This document shows positions 31,149 to 40,052 of a DNA stretch of 64,000 nucleotides, one piece after another; the stretch's first letter is position 1, and the number at the start of each line of letters is the position of its first letter. The notes beneath the pieces were generated by a model that was not told where the DNA came from, searched no databases, and was given only the letters and a program-made list of their open reading frames with translations. Made by a program: the position numbers and the translations under genes. Source of the stretch: Gammaproteobacteria bacterium (GTDB taxonomy: Bacteria; Pseudomonadota; Gammaproteobacteria; GCA-001735895); the NCBI GenBank assembly GCA_050298595.1, contig JBNKUM010000048.1, positions 1 through 64,000 of the forward strand, in the 5' to 3' direction.

Positions 31149-31668
31149 GACGACTACCTTTAATGGTTTTACAGGTCTTTACTTTCCTTTCTCTGTAGCA
31201 CCTATCGAGTAGGCGTTCGAGTTCCTTTTATTGCGCCACAATATAATTGTTCCTTACTTTTTGTTGTGGCGCTAGATTCAAGTTCACCAGTCTGAATATT
31301 GAATTTGATGCTAACTGAACTTCCTGTATTAGTGATTTGTATGTAATAATTTCGATGTCACTCATTAGCAGGCAAAGGTCTTTCGTCATTCCGACATGTT
31401 TTGAACCGGAGATAACGAAGGCTTCAGCCCAGACTTTATTCTGAATTAAATGTGCCTGGGTGATGGGCTGTGATATTGGACACATAGGAAGTAAGAAAAT
31501 AGTTCGTTTTTAATACGAAATAATTCAACCCGGAAAGTTGAGATGCGAAATATTAGAGGCAAAATGGGGCCAGACATGACGCCATCTCTGCCGTTTAGCT
31601 CGGTTCTATCCCAAACGCTTACCAGCCCAAACTATCACCCTACTATCCTCTATCCAAATTTCCCCCAG

Positions 31669-32523
31669 ATGGATACATCACGGACAAAGCGTATCAATCT
31701 AATGCTTGTGGTCATTTTTCTTGTGAGTCTCTGTTTTTCGGGCCATGCTCCAGCCCGGTCACTAAAGGAGATAAAGGAAAGCAACGACTTGAGGATCTGT
31801 GTGGCAGGCTCCAGTTATCAACTCTATACGACGATGGGATTGGCTTTTGCTGAGGTTATGGGAATTCCGGCAACCCTGAAGCATCTTGACTCCTGGGATC
31901 AGCAGTTCCATAACCAGGATGGAATAACAATAAAGGAGGCGCAGTACACACCTGCATTACTGGCCAATGGTGATTGCGACTTCTATCCTAACGATATAGT
32001 AATGAACAATTGGCGACTGAAAAAACTCAATTTTGTTATCTTGTTTAGAACTCAAATGGTTGTCGTGGTTCATACTGACAACCTGGCAAACTATACAACC
32101 CTGTCTGATCTTGCTGGAAAAACTGTAGCTGTTCAAAAAGGCACCAGTTACAGTACCTGGATCGAACAGCAGAACGCATCAGATTTTGCAAAAAATCCGA
32201 TGCGGATAGAGTTCATGTCCACAGATGAGAGCATGCAGGCCGTGGATGATAAACTGGTTGACTTTACCATCATCGGCGCCGACGGCGCTTTAAACTGGAC
32301 TCGGAATAAAATAAAGCATTCAAGTGTTGCCTTTCCCATTGGTGAGGCTTCACAGGTTGGTTGGGCATTCAGAAAACAGGATAAAGACCTGCAGATTGTG
32401 GTAAAAGACTTTTTTGACTCCCAGGCCAGGGCTGGTTCCCGGTTAGATGCTATCTGGGCTGAAAAGGTTGGTATTCCCCTGAGCGAGTTCACCTTGTTCA
32501 TAGCGAACCTGTTACAGGACTGA
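31669..32523 (+). CDS. Periplasmic substrate-binding protein (SBP_bac_3 / PBPb type); start uncertain (31543, 31669 or 31702)
   Basis: Hydrophobic signal followed by ARSLKEIKES; DLAGKTVAVQKGTSY; GWAFRKQD. Confidence 0.75.
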   Translation: MDTSRTKRINLMLVVIFLVSLCFSGHAPARSLKEIKESNDLRICVAGSSYQLYTTMGLAFAEVMGIPATLKHLDSWDQQFHNQDGITIKEAQYTPALLANGDCDFYPNDIVMNNWRLKKLNFVILFRTQMVVVVHTDNLANYTTLSDLAGKTVAVQKGTSYSTWIEQQNASDFAKNPMRIEFMSTDESMQAVDDKLVDFTIIGADGALNWTRNKIKHSSVAFPIGEASQVGWAFRKQDKDLQIVVKDFFDSQARAGSRLDAIWAEKVGIPLSEFTLFIANLLQD

Positions 32524-32529
32524 TCCCAG

Positions 32530-35500
32530 ATGCACTCGATTAAAAATAGACTCATTCTTGTCATAACCGGCCTGTTACTATTCGTAATCGTGGCCTTAAC
32601 GGTTGTTACTGGGCTGGATTCATCCAGATTGATGCATGACGTGCTGGATCGGGAATTGCGACAGAACGTCAGACAGGGGCGTGAGCTTTTCCTGAATTTT
32701 CTGAAATGGCAATCCATGAATCTGGAATTATGGAATGACCACCCCATTACCCATATTATTTTTGAGAACCCTGCCTTAGCAAACCTTTCCCGTTCGGGCC
32801 TGGAAACCGCCTTAGAAAGGACCATAGAGCGCGCTCCCTGGATCAGCAACGTCCTTTTAATCAGTAATAACGAACTGATTTACGATCATGTTTTCAGGTT
32901 GGACAGGAACGTTGAAAAACGCATAATCAGAGAAGAGCCTGGCGCACTGATAGCAAAAGGCGAACCTTTTGTCGGCAATCTGAATCTGTTCAGTCCCGGT
33001 CAGGATAAGGATGTGCTGGTTCTGGTACATCAATTTTCAAACAAGGGCGCCAGAGTGTCGGGGAAATTCATCCTCATGCTGCTGGATTTGCAGCTGGTAA
33101 ATAAGAGACTGTTTTCAGAGCTATCTGTTGGGCAGAAAGGCTTCCTCTCTCTTTTGGGCTGGAACCCTGAAAACAAAATTACCTCAGCTGTCACGGTTTC
33201 CAGCAATACAGAGCAGCGCGCTTTTGCTGCAGAGATATCGCGGAATCATTCCATTGAGGATCTGGAGAACTTTGATGGTTCGCTTATTTTGTCGACTCTC
33301 CCTGTTCCCGGGTACCCGATTGCCATTGTTGGGGCAATTCCCCGGCAGGAATTGAATCAACCAGTCCGCCAGTTGATCACAAACTCCATTCAATTGAGTG
33401 TTTTAATTCTCCTGATCGGTGTAGCAAGCGCTCTTTATCTGTCCGAAAAGCTAGCGGGACCTGTACTGAAGCTTGCTTCACGGGTAAAAGCGATTTCCTC
33501 TGAAAATTTAAATATTGGAGACGTATTTCATGCCAGCAGTATGCTTGAACGATCCGATGAGGTAGGAGTTCTGGCAAATGCCTTCAGCCGAATGTTGATT
33601 GAGCTGAAAGAGTATACCAGCGATCTTGAAAACAAGATTTCAGAGAGAACGTTTGAACTGAATATGGCCAATACCCAGCTGACTCAGATCATCGATCTTT
33701 TGCCAGAAGCCACCTTTGTTATCAACGGAAGAGGAGAGGTGATTTCCTGGAACAGGGCCATGGAATCCCTGACACAGATCCGAGCTCGGGAGATCCTGGG
33801 AAAAGATAATTATGAATATAGCCTGCCGTTTCATGGTGAGCGTCGTCCGCTATTGATTGACAGGGCGGGAGAGGATCAGGCTCTGCTGGAAGCAACCTGT
33901 CCTTCTGTCAGAAAAACGGAGTTTGGCGGGGTTGTTGCCGAATCCTTTTACCCATTGTTGAGAGGAGGGCGTTATTTTCTGGAAACGGCAGGGCCACTTC
34001 TGGATCTGGACGGGAACCCAGCCGGAGCCATTCAGTCGATTCAGGATATAACCTACCTGAAAGAGATGGAGAATGAGATCAAGCAGGCAAAGGATCTTGC
34101 TGAAGCTGCCACTAGAGCTAAGAGCGATTTTCTTGCCAATATGAGCCATGAAATTCGCACACCCATGAATGCAATTCTTGGCATGTGTCATCTGGTACTG
34201 AAAACGGATTTGACCCCAAAGCAGCATGATTACATCAAAAAGATCGACAACAGCGCCAATTCGCTGTTGGGTATAATCAACGACATCCTTGATTTTTCCA
34301 AGATTGAAGCCGGAAAGCTTGATGTTGAAGCGATAGATTTCAACATTACGGAAACACTGACCAGCGTAGCCAATATGATCACGGTCAAGGCTCAGGAAAA
34401 AGAAAATCTGGAAGTGCTGTTCCGACTCGATCCGAGCGTGCCACATCATCTGATAGGCGACCCCTTGCGACTAAGCCAGATACTCATCAATCTGGGTAGC
34501 AATGCTGTAAAATTTACCGTCGAAGGAGAGATCGTTTTAAGCTGCACAATGGTGGAAAAATCGGAACAAACTATTTCTCTTCAGTTTAGTGTCAAAGACA
34601 GCGGTATCGGAATGACAGCTGAACAAAAAGCCCTTTTGTTTCAGGCATTTTCCCAGGCGGATGCATCAACCACCAGAAAATATGGCGGCACGGGATTGGG
34701 GCTGACCATCTGCAAACGTCTCGTCGGTATGATGGAGGGCAAAATCTGGGTGGAAAGTGAGCCAGGTACAGGCAGTGAATTTTTCTTTACGGTAGCGCTA
34801 AAGATTGGGGAAGATAAAGCAGAACAACCACTGGAGCTGACGCAAGACCTGAAAAATCTTCCGGTTTTGGTGATTGACGATAACAGTTCATCCCTGCAGA
34901 TACTCGATGAGATGCTTCAGGAGCTATCTTTTGAAGTGGATCTGGCATCTTCCGGTACAAAAGGGCTGGAACTTATTGCACATGCTGGAAAAAATCAGGC
35001 TTATCGACTGGTACTGATAGACTGGAAGATGCCTGGAATGGACGGTATTGAAACGGCCATGAAAATCCGCGCAATGGCCGAACTTCCTGAACAGCCCAAA
35101 ATTATCCTGATCACAGCCTTCGCCCATGAAGAGGCCCAGCAACAAGTCTGGAAAGTTGGTTTGGACGGACTGCTCATCAAACCGGTGTCCCCCTCCGACC
35201 TCTTCGATGCTGTGATGAAGGCATTCGGGAAAAGCGAAGACAAAGGGATGGTCAGGACCGATTGGCAGGATCGAGAAGCTGATATAGTCAGACCGATACT
35301 TGGTTCCCGCATTCTGCTGGTGGAGGACAATGAAATCAACCAGCAGATAGCTGAAGAAATCCTCTCAGGAGCCGGTCTTTCGGTGACTCTTGCCATTAAT
35401 GGCAAAGAAGCGGTTGACGCTGTCCGTGCAGGGAACTTTCATGCTGTGTTGATGGATATTCAAATGCCAGTTATGGATGGCTACGAAGCCACACGTCAAA

Positions 35501-36099
35501 TTCGAGAAATGGACCAGCATAAGGCACTGCCGATAATCGCCATGACAGCCAGTGCCATGACTCAGGACAAAGAAAAGGCTCAGCAGGCCGGCATGAACGA
35601 TCATGTGAGCAAACCGATCAATATACAGGAACTTTTCTCCACCCTGGTCAAATGGATTAAACCGACTGACTGGGAAGCTGTTTTGTCTGAAGAAAAGCCG
35701 CTGGTTCCGGCCCCTCCAGTCCAGGCCTCGGAGCCGATACGGGAACTGGCTAATATGCCGGGTATTTCAGTGGACAGCGGCCTGTATCATCTAAGAGGCA
35801 ACAAGACTCTCTACACCAAATTGCTGGTCCAGTTCGTCAACGAGTATCCGGATGCATTGGATGAAATTCGAGCAGCCCTGACCTCTGGAGACATGGAAAG
35901 GGCTCAGCTGCTGGCCCACACGCTCAAGGGAGTGTCGGGTAATCTGGGTTTTCACAATCTCCAGCCAGCAGCCGAAGCCTTAGAGCATGCGGTTAAAGAG
36001 GGAGATCTGACCGATATTGATGAGTTAATGGAAAACGTTGATACGACACTCAAGGATGTAGTTGCTACGCTGAGGAGTTTTACTCAGTCTGTGACGTAA
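32530..36099 (+). CDS. Hybrid sensor histidine kinase (periplasmic sensor-HAMP-PAS-HisKA-HATPase-REC-REC-Hpt)
   Basis: [21 protein letters not shown], two receiver domains (DWKMPGMDG, DIQMPVMDG), Hpt motif AHTLKGVSGNLG. Confidence 0.93.
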   Translation: MHSIKNRLILVITGLLLFVIVALTVVTGLDSSRLMHDVLDRELRQNVRQGRELFLNFLKWQSMNLELWNDHPITHIIFENPALANLSRSGLETALERTIERAPWISNVLLISNNELIYDHVFRLDRNVEKRIIREEPGALIAKGEPFVGNLNLFSPGQDKDVLVLVHQFSNKGARVSGKFILMLLDLQLVNKRLFSELSVGQKGFLSLLGWNPENKITSAVTVSSNTEQRAFAAEISRNHSIEDLENFDGSLILSTLPVPGYPIAIVGAIPRQELNQPVRQLITNSIQLSVLILLIGVASALYLSEKLAGPVLKLASRVKAISSENLNIGDVFHASSMLERSDEVGVLANAFSRMLIELKEYTSDLENKISERTFELNMANTQLTQIIDLLPEATFVINGRGEVISWNRAMESLTQIRAREILGKDNYEYSLPFHGERRPLLIDRAGEDQALLEATCPSVRKTEFGGVVAESFYPLLRGGRYFLETAGPLLDLDGNPAGAIQSIQDITYLKEMENEIKQAKDLAEAATRAKSDFLANMSHEIRTPMNAILGMCHLVLKTDLTPKQHDYIKKIDNSANSLLGIINDILDFSKIEAGKLDVEAIDFNITETLTSVANMITVKAQEKENLEVLFRLDPSVPHHLIGDPLRLSQILINLGSNAVKFTVEGEIVLSCTMVEKSEQTISLQFSVKDSGIGMTAEQKALLFQAFSQADASTTRKYGGTGLGLTICKRLVGMMEGKIWVESEPGTGSEFFFTVALKIGEDKAEQPLELTQDLKNLPVLVIDDNSSSLQILDEMLQELSFEVDLASSGTKGLELIAHAGKNQAYRLVLIDWKMPGMDGIETAMKIRAMAELPEQPKIILITAFAHEEAQQQVWKVGLDGLLIKPVSPSDLFDAVMKAFGKSEDKGMVRTDWQDREADIVRPILGSRILLVEDNEINQQIAEEILSGAGLSVTLAINGKEAVDAVRAGNFHAVLMDIQMPVMDGYEATRQIREMDQHKALPIIAMTASAMTQDKEKAQQAGMNDHVSKPINIQELFSTLVKWIKPTDWEAVLSEEKPLVPAPPVQASEPIRELANMPGISVDSGLYHLRGNKTLYTKLLVQFVNEYPDALDEIRAALTSGDMERAQLLAHTLKGVSGNLGFHNLQPAAEALEHAVKEGDLTDIDELMENVDTTLKDVVATLRSFTQSVT

Positions 36100-36131
36100 T
36101 GCATTGGGGTCGTCATTATCGTACTAACCTT

Positions 36132-36374
36132 TTATTGTCCCCCGACCTTGAAGCGGATGTTTAAACAGTTAAAAGAAAGTGGTATTAAGAAGAAATTCCG
36201 GATTTGTTTATCTAATACAAGCATACGATCCTCAATCCATTGCCTTCGATGTTTGTAATCATGTCCAGTCTGATTATCTTTGCCGCAGAGAAAGGTACGT
36301 CGAACGTAGCGTGAGGTGCAGTGGTAATAAGGGGTGGCCTCGAGAGAAACCTGAGTCTTCCTGGCTTTAGGCAT
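36132..36374 (-). pseudogene. Truncated RAYT-like / Y1 (HUH) transposase, N-terminal fragment
   Basis: [48 protein letters not shown] is the typical N-terminus of this family. Similarity stops after about 55 aa, before the HUH motif. Confidence 0.8.
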
Positions 36375-36591
36375 AATGTGCTCCTTGCGTTGAGTCAATG
36401 GATTTTACGTTACCGTTGATCTATAGTAGCGTTAAGCTTCAAAAAGTGGATGTCCCAAAAAGATTAGTAAATTGGATAAAAGCCATCGATACAGCATGGC
36501 AAATTGGCATCAGAGCTATCAGGAGCCATGCAATAAAATGATCACCGCAATACAATCCCCTATTATTAAAGAGTGTGCCCATCGCGGCATA

Positions 36592-36650
36592 GTCCAACAG
36601 TCATTTATACAACGTGCTGTGCACTTTGTATAAATACTAAGCTGTTATGC
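36592..36650 (+). other. attC site
   Basis: GTCCAAC ... ATTTATACAACGTGC/GCACTTTGTATAAAT hairpin ... GTTATGC; 59 bp. Confidence 0.75.
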
Positions 36651-36667
36651 TTCAAGAAGGATGTCGT

Positions 36668-37114
36668 ATGAAAGAAGAAATATCGCTTAGAGCTGCGGCC
36701 ATGGATGATGCGGATATGCTACTCGAATGGCGCAATGATCCAGGAGCAAGAAAAGCCAGCCACAATACGGCTGAAGTTCAGAGGATTGAACACATATCGT
36801 GGTTATCACAGACACTCAGCAATCCCAATCGAAGGCTATACGTCGCTGAAGAATACGGCGTTCCTGTCGGCACTATTCGAGCAGATTTTGCGGATGGTGT
36901 ATGGGAACTGTCATGGACGGTATCTCCGAAAGCAAGAGGGCGAGGGGTAGCAAAACACATGGTTGCTGAGATGGCAAATCAAATCTCGGAACCAATCCGA
37001 GCAGAGGTTAAAATTGGAAACATTGCGTCGGCGCGAATTGCCGAATATGCAGGTATGGAATTTGAGCGAGAGACTGGTGGTGTGCTTCATTACAAGAGAG
37101 CAGCACTAGGATGA
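36668..37114 (+). CDS. GNAT-family N-acetyltransferase (PseH/RimJ-like), integron cassette
   Basis: LEWRNDP, ARGRGVAK acetyl-CoA motif and NIASARI. Cassette start GTTATGCTTCA is complementary to end TGAGGCATA. Confidence 0.85.
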   Translation: MKEEISLRAAAMDDADMLLEWRNDPGARKASHNTAEVQRIEHISWLSQTLSNPNRRLYVAEEYGVPVGTIRADFADGVWELSWTVSPKARGRGVAKHMVAEMANQISEPIRAEVKIGNIASARIAEYAGMEFERETGGVLHYKRAALG

Positions 37115-37126
37115 ACATGAGGCATA

Positions 37127-37420
37127 ATCGGGATAGAGAGCTACTCAAGTAGCCCCCTCCCACAGCACCGTACATACGTGTCCGTATACGCCGCCTGACC
37201 TGTTATTAACTGAGATACTTCATCGGGCAAATGAATTCATATCAAGTGCCTATCGGGCCGTAGCCGGATGGTGAATCTTGCACCATAGCCTACGCACGGA
37301 GATGAGTCCTATCTTTTCGAAATGTGCATTGTTCAAACCAGCATTGCTCGCCAGTGTCTTCGACTGTCGCCAGTAACTTTTACGCGATAGCCCCAGACTG
37401 ATGGCATCAGGTTTTCGCTG
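37127..37420 (-). mobile_element. 3' remnant of a group IIC-attC intron (IEP C-terminus + domains V/VI), inserted antisense in an attC inverse core
   Basis: Minus strand encodes ...AISLGLSRKSYWRQSKTLASNAGLNNAHFEKIGLISVRRLWCKIHHPATAR* (stop 37250-37252). It is followed by DV CGTATACGGACACGTATGTACGGTGCT and DVI GGGAGGGGGCTAC-TTGA-GTAGCTCTCTATCCCGAT, joined to TATGC. Confidence 0.88.
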
Positions 37421-37553
37421 AAAAATTGAAAGTAACTCAATATCTGGAAACTTTCCGCCTATTCTGGTACAACCGTTTCAATGGATTCTGGACGAAGAAT
37501 ATGCTAAGTTTTTGAAATTGTAAGGAAATAACAATAAAAAGTGGTCTATACAT

Positions 37554-37642
37554 GCTTAAAAATTCGTTATTAATTCCCCGGGATAGGCCGCAAGTTGCGG
37601 TAATTAGATGCCGCAACTTGCGGCCCAATTAGAATGTTAGCT
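37554..37642 (+). other. attC site, left end degenerate
   Basis: Central palindrome GGCCGCAAGTTGCGG/CCGCAACTTGCGGCC (37586-37625). Core GTTAGCTGT is complementary to the end of the next cassette (ACAGCTAAC). Confidence 0.65.
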
Positions 37643-37662
37643 GTAAAAAATGGAGTCCCATC

Positions 37663-38343
37663 GTGTTTGTAGGGAAAAAAGCACTACTGCTCGATATGAA
37701 CAGCACATTTATGTTTGACGAGGACAGATTCGGCGATTCCGAAGATTTCTCGGTGCACTATTCCAAGATAGGCGGAAAACTTCCGCAAGTTGAAATTAAT
37801 ATGATTGTGCGGGCTGTGTACGAGTACCTGGACGCTCGGTACCCAGACGAAAACTATCGGCATAGTTTCCCATCTATGGAAAGTGCAATACGCGAGGTTG
37901 CCGATAAAACTTTGAGCGGAGATGAGATCAAAAAAATTATTAATACCTTCGCCTTCCACGAACTTGGTTCTATCCCCAAAGAATACGCCGCAGCACTTCA
38001 TGAATTGCGGAAACGCTTTACGTTGGCAGCCGTCATCGACATCTGGGCACCAAAAACAGCATGGTTAAAAGAGTTCGAGCGCGCGGATATTTCAGGCCTG
38101 TTTTCCGCCACCTCGTTCTCCTCCGATCATGGTATGGTAAAGCCATCGCCGAGGCCCTTTGAGTTAGTGTTGAGCCAACTTGGAATGGAGAAATCTCAAG
38201 CCATTGTGGTCGGTGACTCCCCGCGAAGAGACCTTGGTGGTGCGAAGAGCGCTGGCATTGATTGCATATTGGTTGGTGGTGCTGAACATCCCGGCGCACT
38301 GAAAAGCTTTAACAACTTGCTAGAGTTATGCAACGTAATCTAA
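37663..38343 (+). CDS. HAD-family hydrolase, integron cassette
   Basis: Motif I-like LLDMNST, KPSP and VVGDSPRRDLGGAKSAG; GGAG RBS with GTG start. Confidence 0.85.
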   Translation: MFVGKKALLLDMNSTFMFDEDRFGDSEDFSVHYSKIGGKLPQVEINMIVRAVYEYLDARYPDENYRHSFPSMESAIREVADKTLSGDEIKKIINTFAFHELGSIPKEYAAALHELRKRFTLAAVIDIWAPKTAWLKEFERADISGLFSATSFSSDHGMVKPSPRPFELVLSQLGMEKSQAIVVGDSPRRDLGGAKSAGIDCILVGGAEHPGALKSFNNLLELCNVI

Positions 38344-38347
38344 ACAC

Positions 38348-38407
38348 AGCTAACAAATCACCCCAGCCAACGCCAAAAAGCGGCGCGACAGAGCTTTAAC
38401 GTTATGC
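38348..38407 (+). other. attC site
   Basis: AGCTAACAAATCACCCCAGCCAACGCCAAAAAGCGGCGCGACAGAGCTTTAACGTTATGC; classic 60-bp attC layout. Confidence 0.85.
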
Positions 38408-38429
38408 GCAATATTGAGGAACATAAGTC

Positions 38430-38867
38430 ATGAGCTCGGCATTGTTACCAATTCATCTCTCCTTTGTAGGATTATGGTTGGGGTGTGTGCTTACAGAGGC
38501 GTTATTTGAGCGGGCATTGCTTGGGAAAGGTACAGAACAGGTGCTTACGCTTGTTGCGCTCCACAAGCGTGTTGATCTGATCGTGGAGATCCCCGCCTTT
38601 GTTACTGTTCTGATTACAGGCGCTCTAATGTACTCGTCGGAAACTACAAGTGGCCTGATTCACACAAAGATTGCGTTCGGCCTTCTAGCTATTGCTGCGA
38701 ACGTATATTGCGTATGGTTGGTTTTCCAGCGGGCAGTAGCCGCAGAAGAAGGAAATTGGAAAGAGTTTGACCGCCTTGACCATAAACAACATAAGTACGG
38801 AGCTGTTGTGCTTTTTGCAATTATCGCAGCTTTGGTCATCGGGGTGTCCGTCTATGGCAACGTATAA
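38430..38867 (+). CDS. Hypothetical 4-TM membrane protein, integron cassette
   Basis: Four hydrophobic segments, GAGG RBS, stop codon inside the attC inverse core (GTATAAC). Confidence 0.8.
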   Translation: MSSALLPIHLSFVGLWLGCVLTEALFERALLGKGTEQVLTLVALHKRVDLIVEIPAFVTVLITGALMYSSETTSGLIHTKIAFGLLAIAANVYCVWLVFQRAVAAEEGNWKEFDRLDHKQHKYGAVVLFAIIAALVIGVSVYGNV

Positions 38868-38930
38868 CTATACGCTCCAGCCTATGTCAGGCCGCAACGC
38901 GGCCTTCCTCGGCTCAGCGTCGCGGTATGA
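38862..38930 (+). other. attC site with mutated core (GGTATGA)
   Basis: GTATAAC-TATACGCTCCAGCC...AGGCCGC/GCGGCCT...GGCTCAGCGTCGC-GGTATGA. Confidence 0.7.
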
Positions 38931-38957
38931 TTATTAGAGGTTGCCTCTAAGAGGAAA

Positions 38958-39920
38958 ATGACATTGAACGAAGCTGAATCAGTCAAGGTTTATATTCATC
39001 GAGTTAATCGAGTAATAGATTATATAAAGGCCAATCTTGATAGTGATTTATCTTTAGATCGTTTATCTGGTGTTGCAAACTTTTCCAAGTATTACTTTCA
39101 TCGAATATTCAAAGCCGTGATGGGTGAGAATGTAAATGCATATGTTGGTCGCTTACGTGCTGAGAGATCAGCGTTTATGCTGCTTTATAATCCAGGTAAA
39201 TCAATCACATCTATAGCTTACGACGTTGGCTTTAGTAGTCCATCGGTGTATTCACGTGAATTTAAATCTTTCTATAAACTACCTCCTTCCAAATGGAGGA
39301 AAATTAAAAATAGCAATCTTTGCAAAGTAGAAAGCAATTTTAGCAAAGAACTGCATAAGCCTGGGTTTTATATTAATTTCTCCGAAACAAAGCCTATATG
39401 GAGTAATAATATGACTCAGAATATTGAATTAAATATTGAAGTTCGTGAAATGCCCGAGATTCCTATCGCCTACGTGAGACATCATGGTGCGTACGATCCA
39501 TTAGATAAACAACTATTCCAATCATTATTTCAAAAATTAATGTCTTGGGCTGTACCGCTGAATTTATTTAAACCGCCGCAAACCAAAGCCATGACTATCT
39601 ATAGTGGTGGCCACCCAGATACAACAGAATCAGACAAGCTTACAGTCGACGTCGCAATTAGTCTTGAAGGAGCTGTAAATGTCAAAGGTGATATTGGCGT
39701 GCGGTCCATTCCAGCGGGACAGTACGCAGTTGTGAGTCTTGTTGATGCCACTATGGACGAATCCGGAAAGGCTTGGGATACACTCTTTAATGATTGGTTA
39801 CCTCACAGTGGCTACCAGCCCGGGGATGGCGCGTATTATATAAATCATCAAAACGATCCTGAGCAACATCTCCAGAAATTGTACACCCTGGAGATGTATT
39901 TGCCGGTGAAGCCGCTATAG
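38958..39920 (+). CDS. AraC-family regulator with C-terminal GyrI-like ligand-binding domain, integron cassette
   Basis: N-terminal AraC HTH (FSKYYFHRIFK...IAYDVGFSSPSVYSREFK); C-terminal GyrI-like domain (AYVRHHGAY, IPAGQYAV, WLPHSGYQP). Confidence 0.9.
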   Translation: MTLNEAESVKVYIHRVNRVIDYIKANLDSDLSLDRLSGVANFSKYYFHRIFKAVMGENVNAYVGRLRAERSAFMLLYNPGKSITSIAYDVGFSSPSVYSREFKSFYKLPPSKWRKIKNSNLCKVESNFSKELHKPGFYINFSETKPIWSNNMTQNIELNIEVREMPEIPIAYVRHHGAYDPLDKQLFQSLFQKLMSWAVPLNLFKPPQTKAMTIYSGGHPDTTESDKLTVDVAISLEGAVNVKGDIGVRSIPAGQYAVVSLVDATMDESGKAWDTLFNDWLPHSGYQPGDGAYYINHQNDPEQHLQKLYTLEMYLPVKPL

Positions 39921-39926
39921 AAAAAA

Positions 39927-40035
39927 ACATAACAATGGCGCTTAACTCGGACACATCTACGCAATGTAAATTTTGTGCTTTGAATAGCAAAAAATATCCA
40001 TTGCTACGGCGTGTCGGTTGGCGCTGTCGTTAGAA
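39927..40035 (+). other. attC site (long, 109 bp)
   Basis: ACATAACAATGGCGCTTAACTCGGACAC...GTGTCGGTTGGCGCTGTCGTTAGAA. Confidence 0.85.
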
Positions 40036-40052
40036 GGAAACAAAAGAAGAGC

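Noticed and set aside
31228-31485. 85-aa minus-strand ORF after ilvD
   Set aside because: No recognisable motif, and it overlaps palindromic/REP-like DNA; cannot be supported as a gene.
32148-35604. Several 130-230 aa antisense ORFs inside the SBP and hybrid kinase genes
   Set aside because: Fully overlap well-supported plus-strand genes.
36100-36600. Integron integrase or attI upstream of the array
   Set aside because: No tyrosine-recombinase motifs seen in any ORF; only the HUH transposase fragment is present.
37127-37420. Functional retroelement (intact intron, retron or DGR)
   Set aside because: Only the last 56 codons of the IEP and the RNA 3' end remain; there is no RT catalytic core and DV is mutated.
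37437-37628. 63-aa minus-strand ORF
   Set aside because: Runs antisense through an attC palindrome and a cassette remnant.
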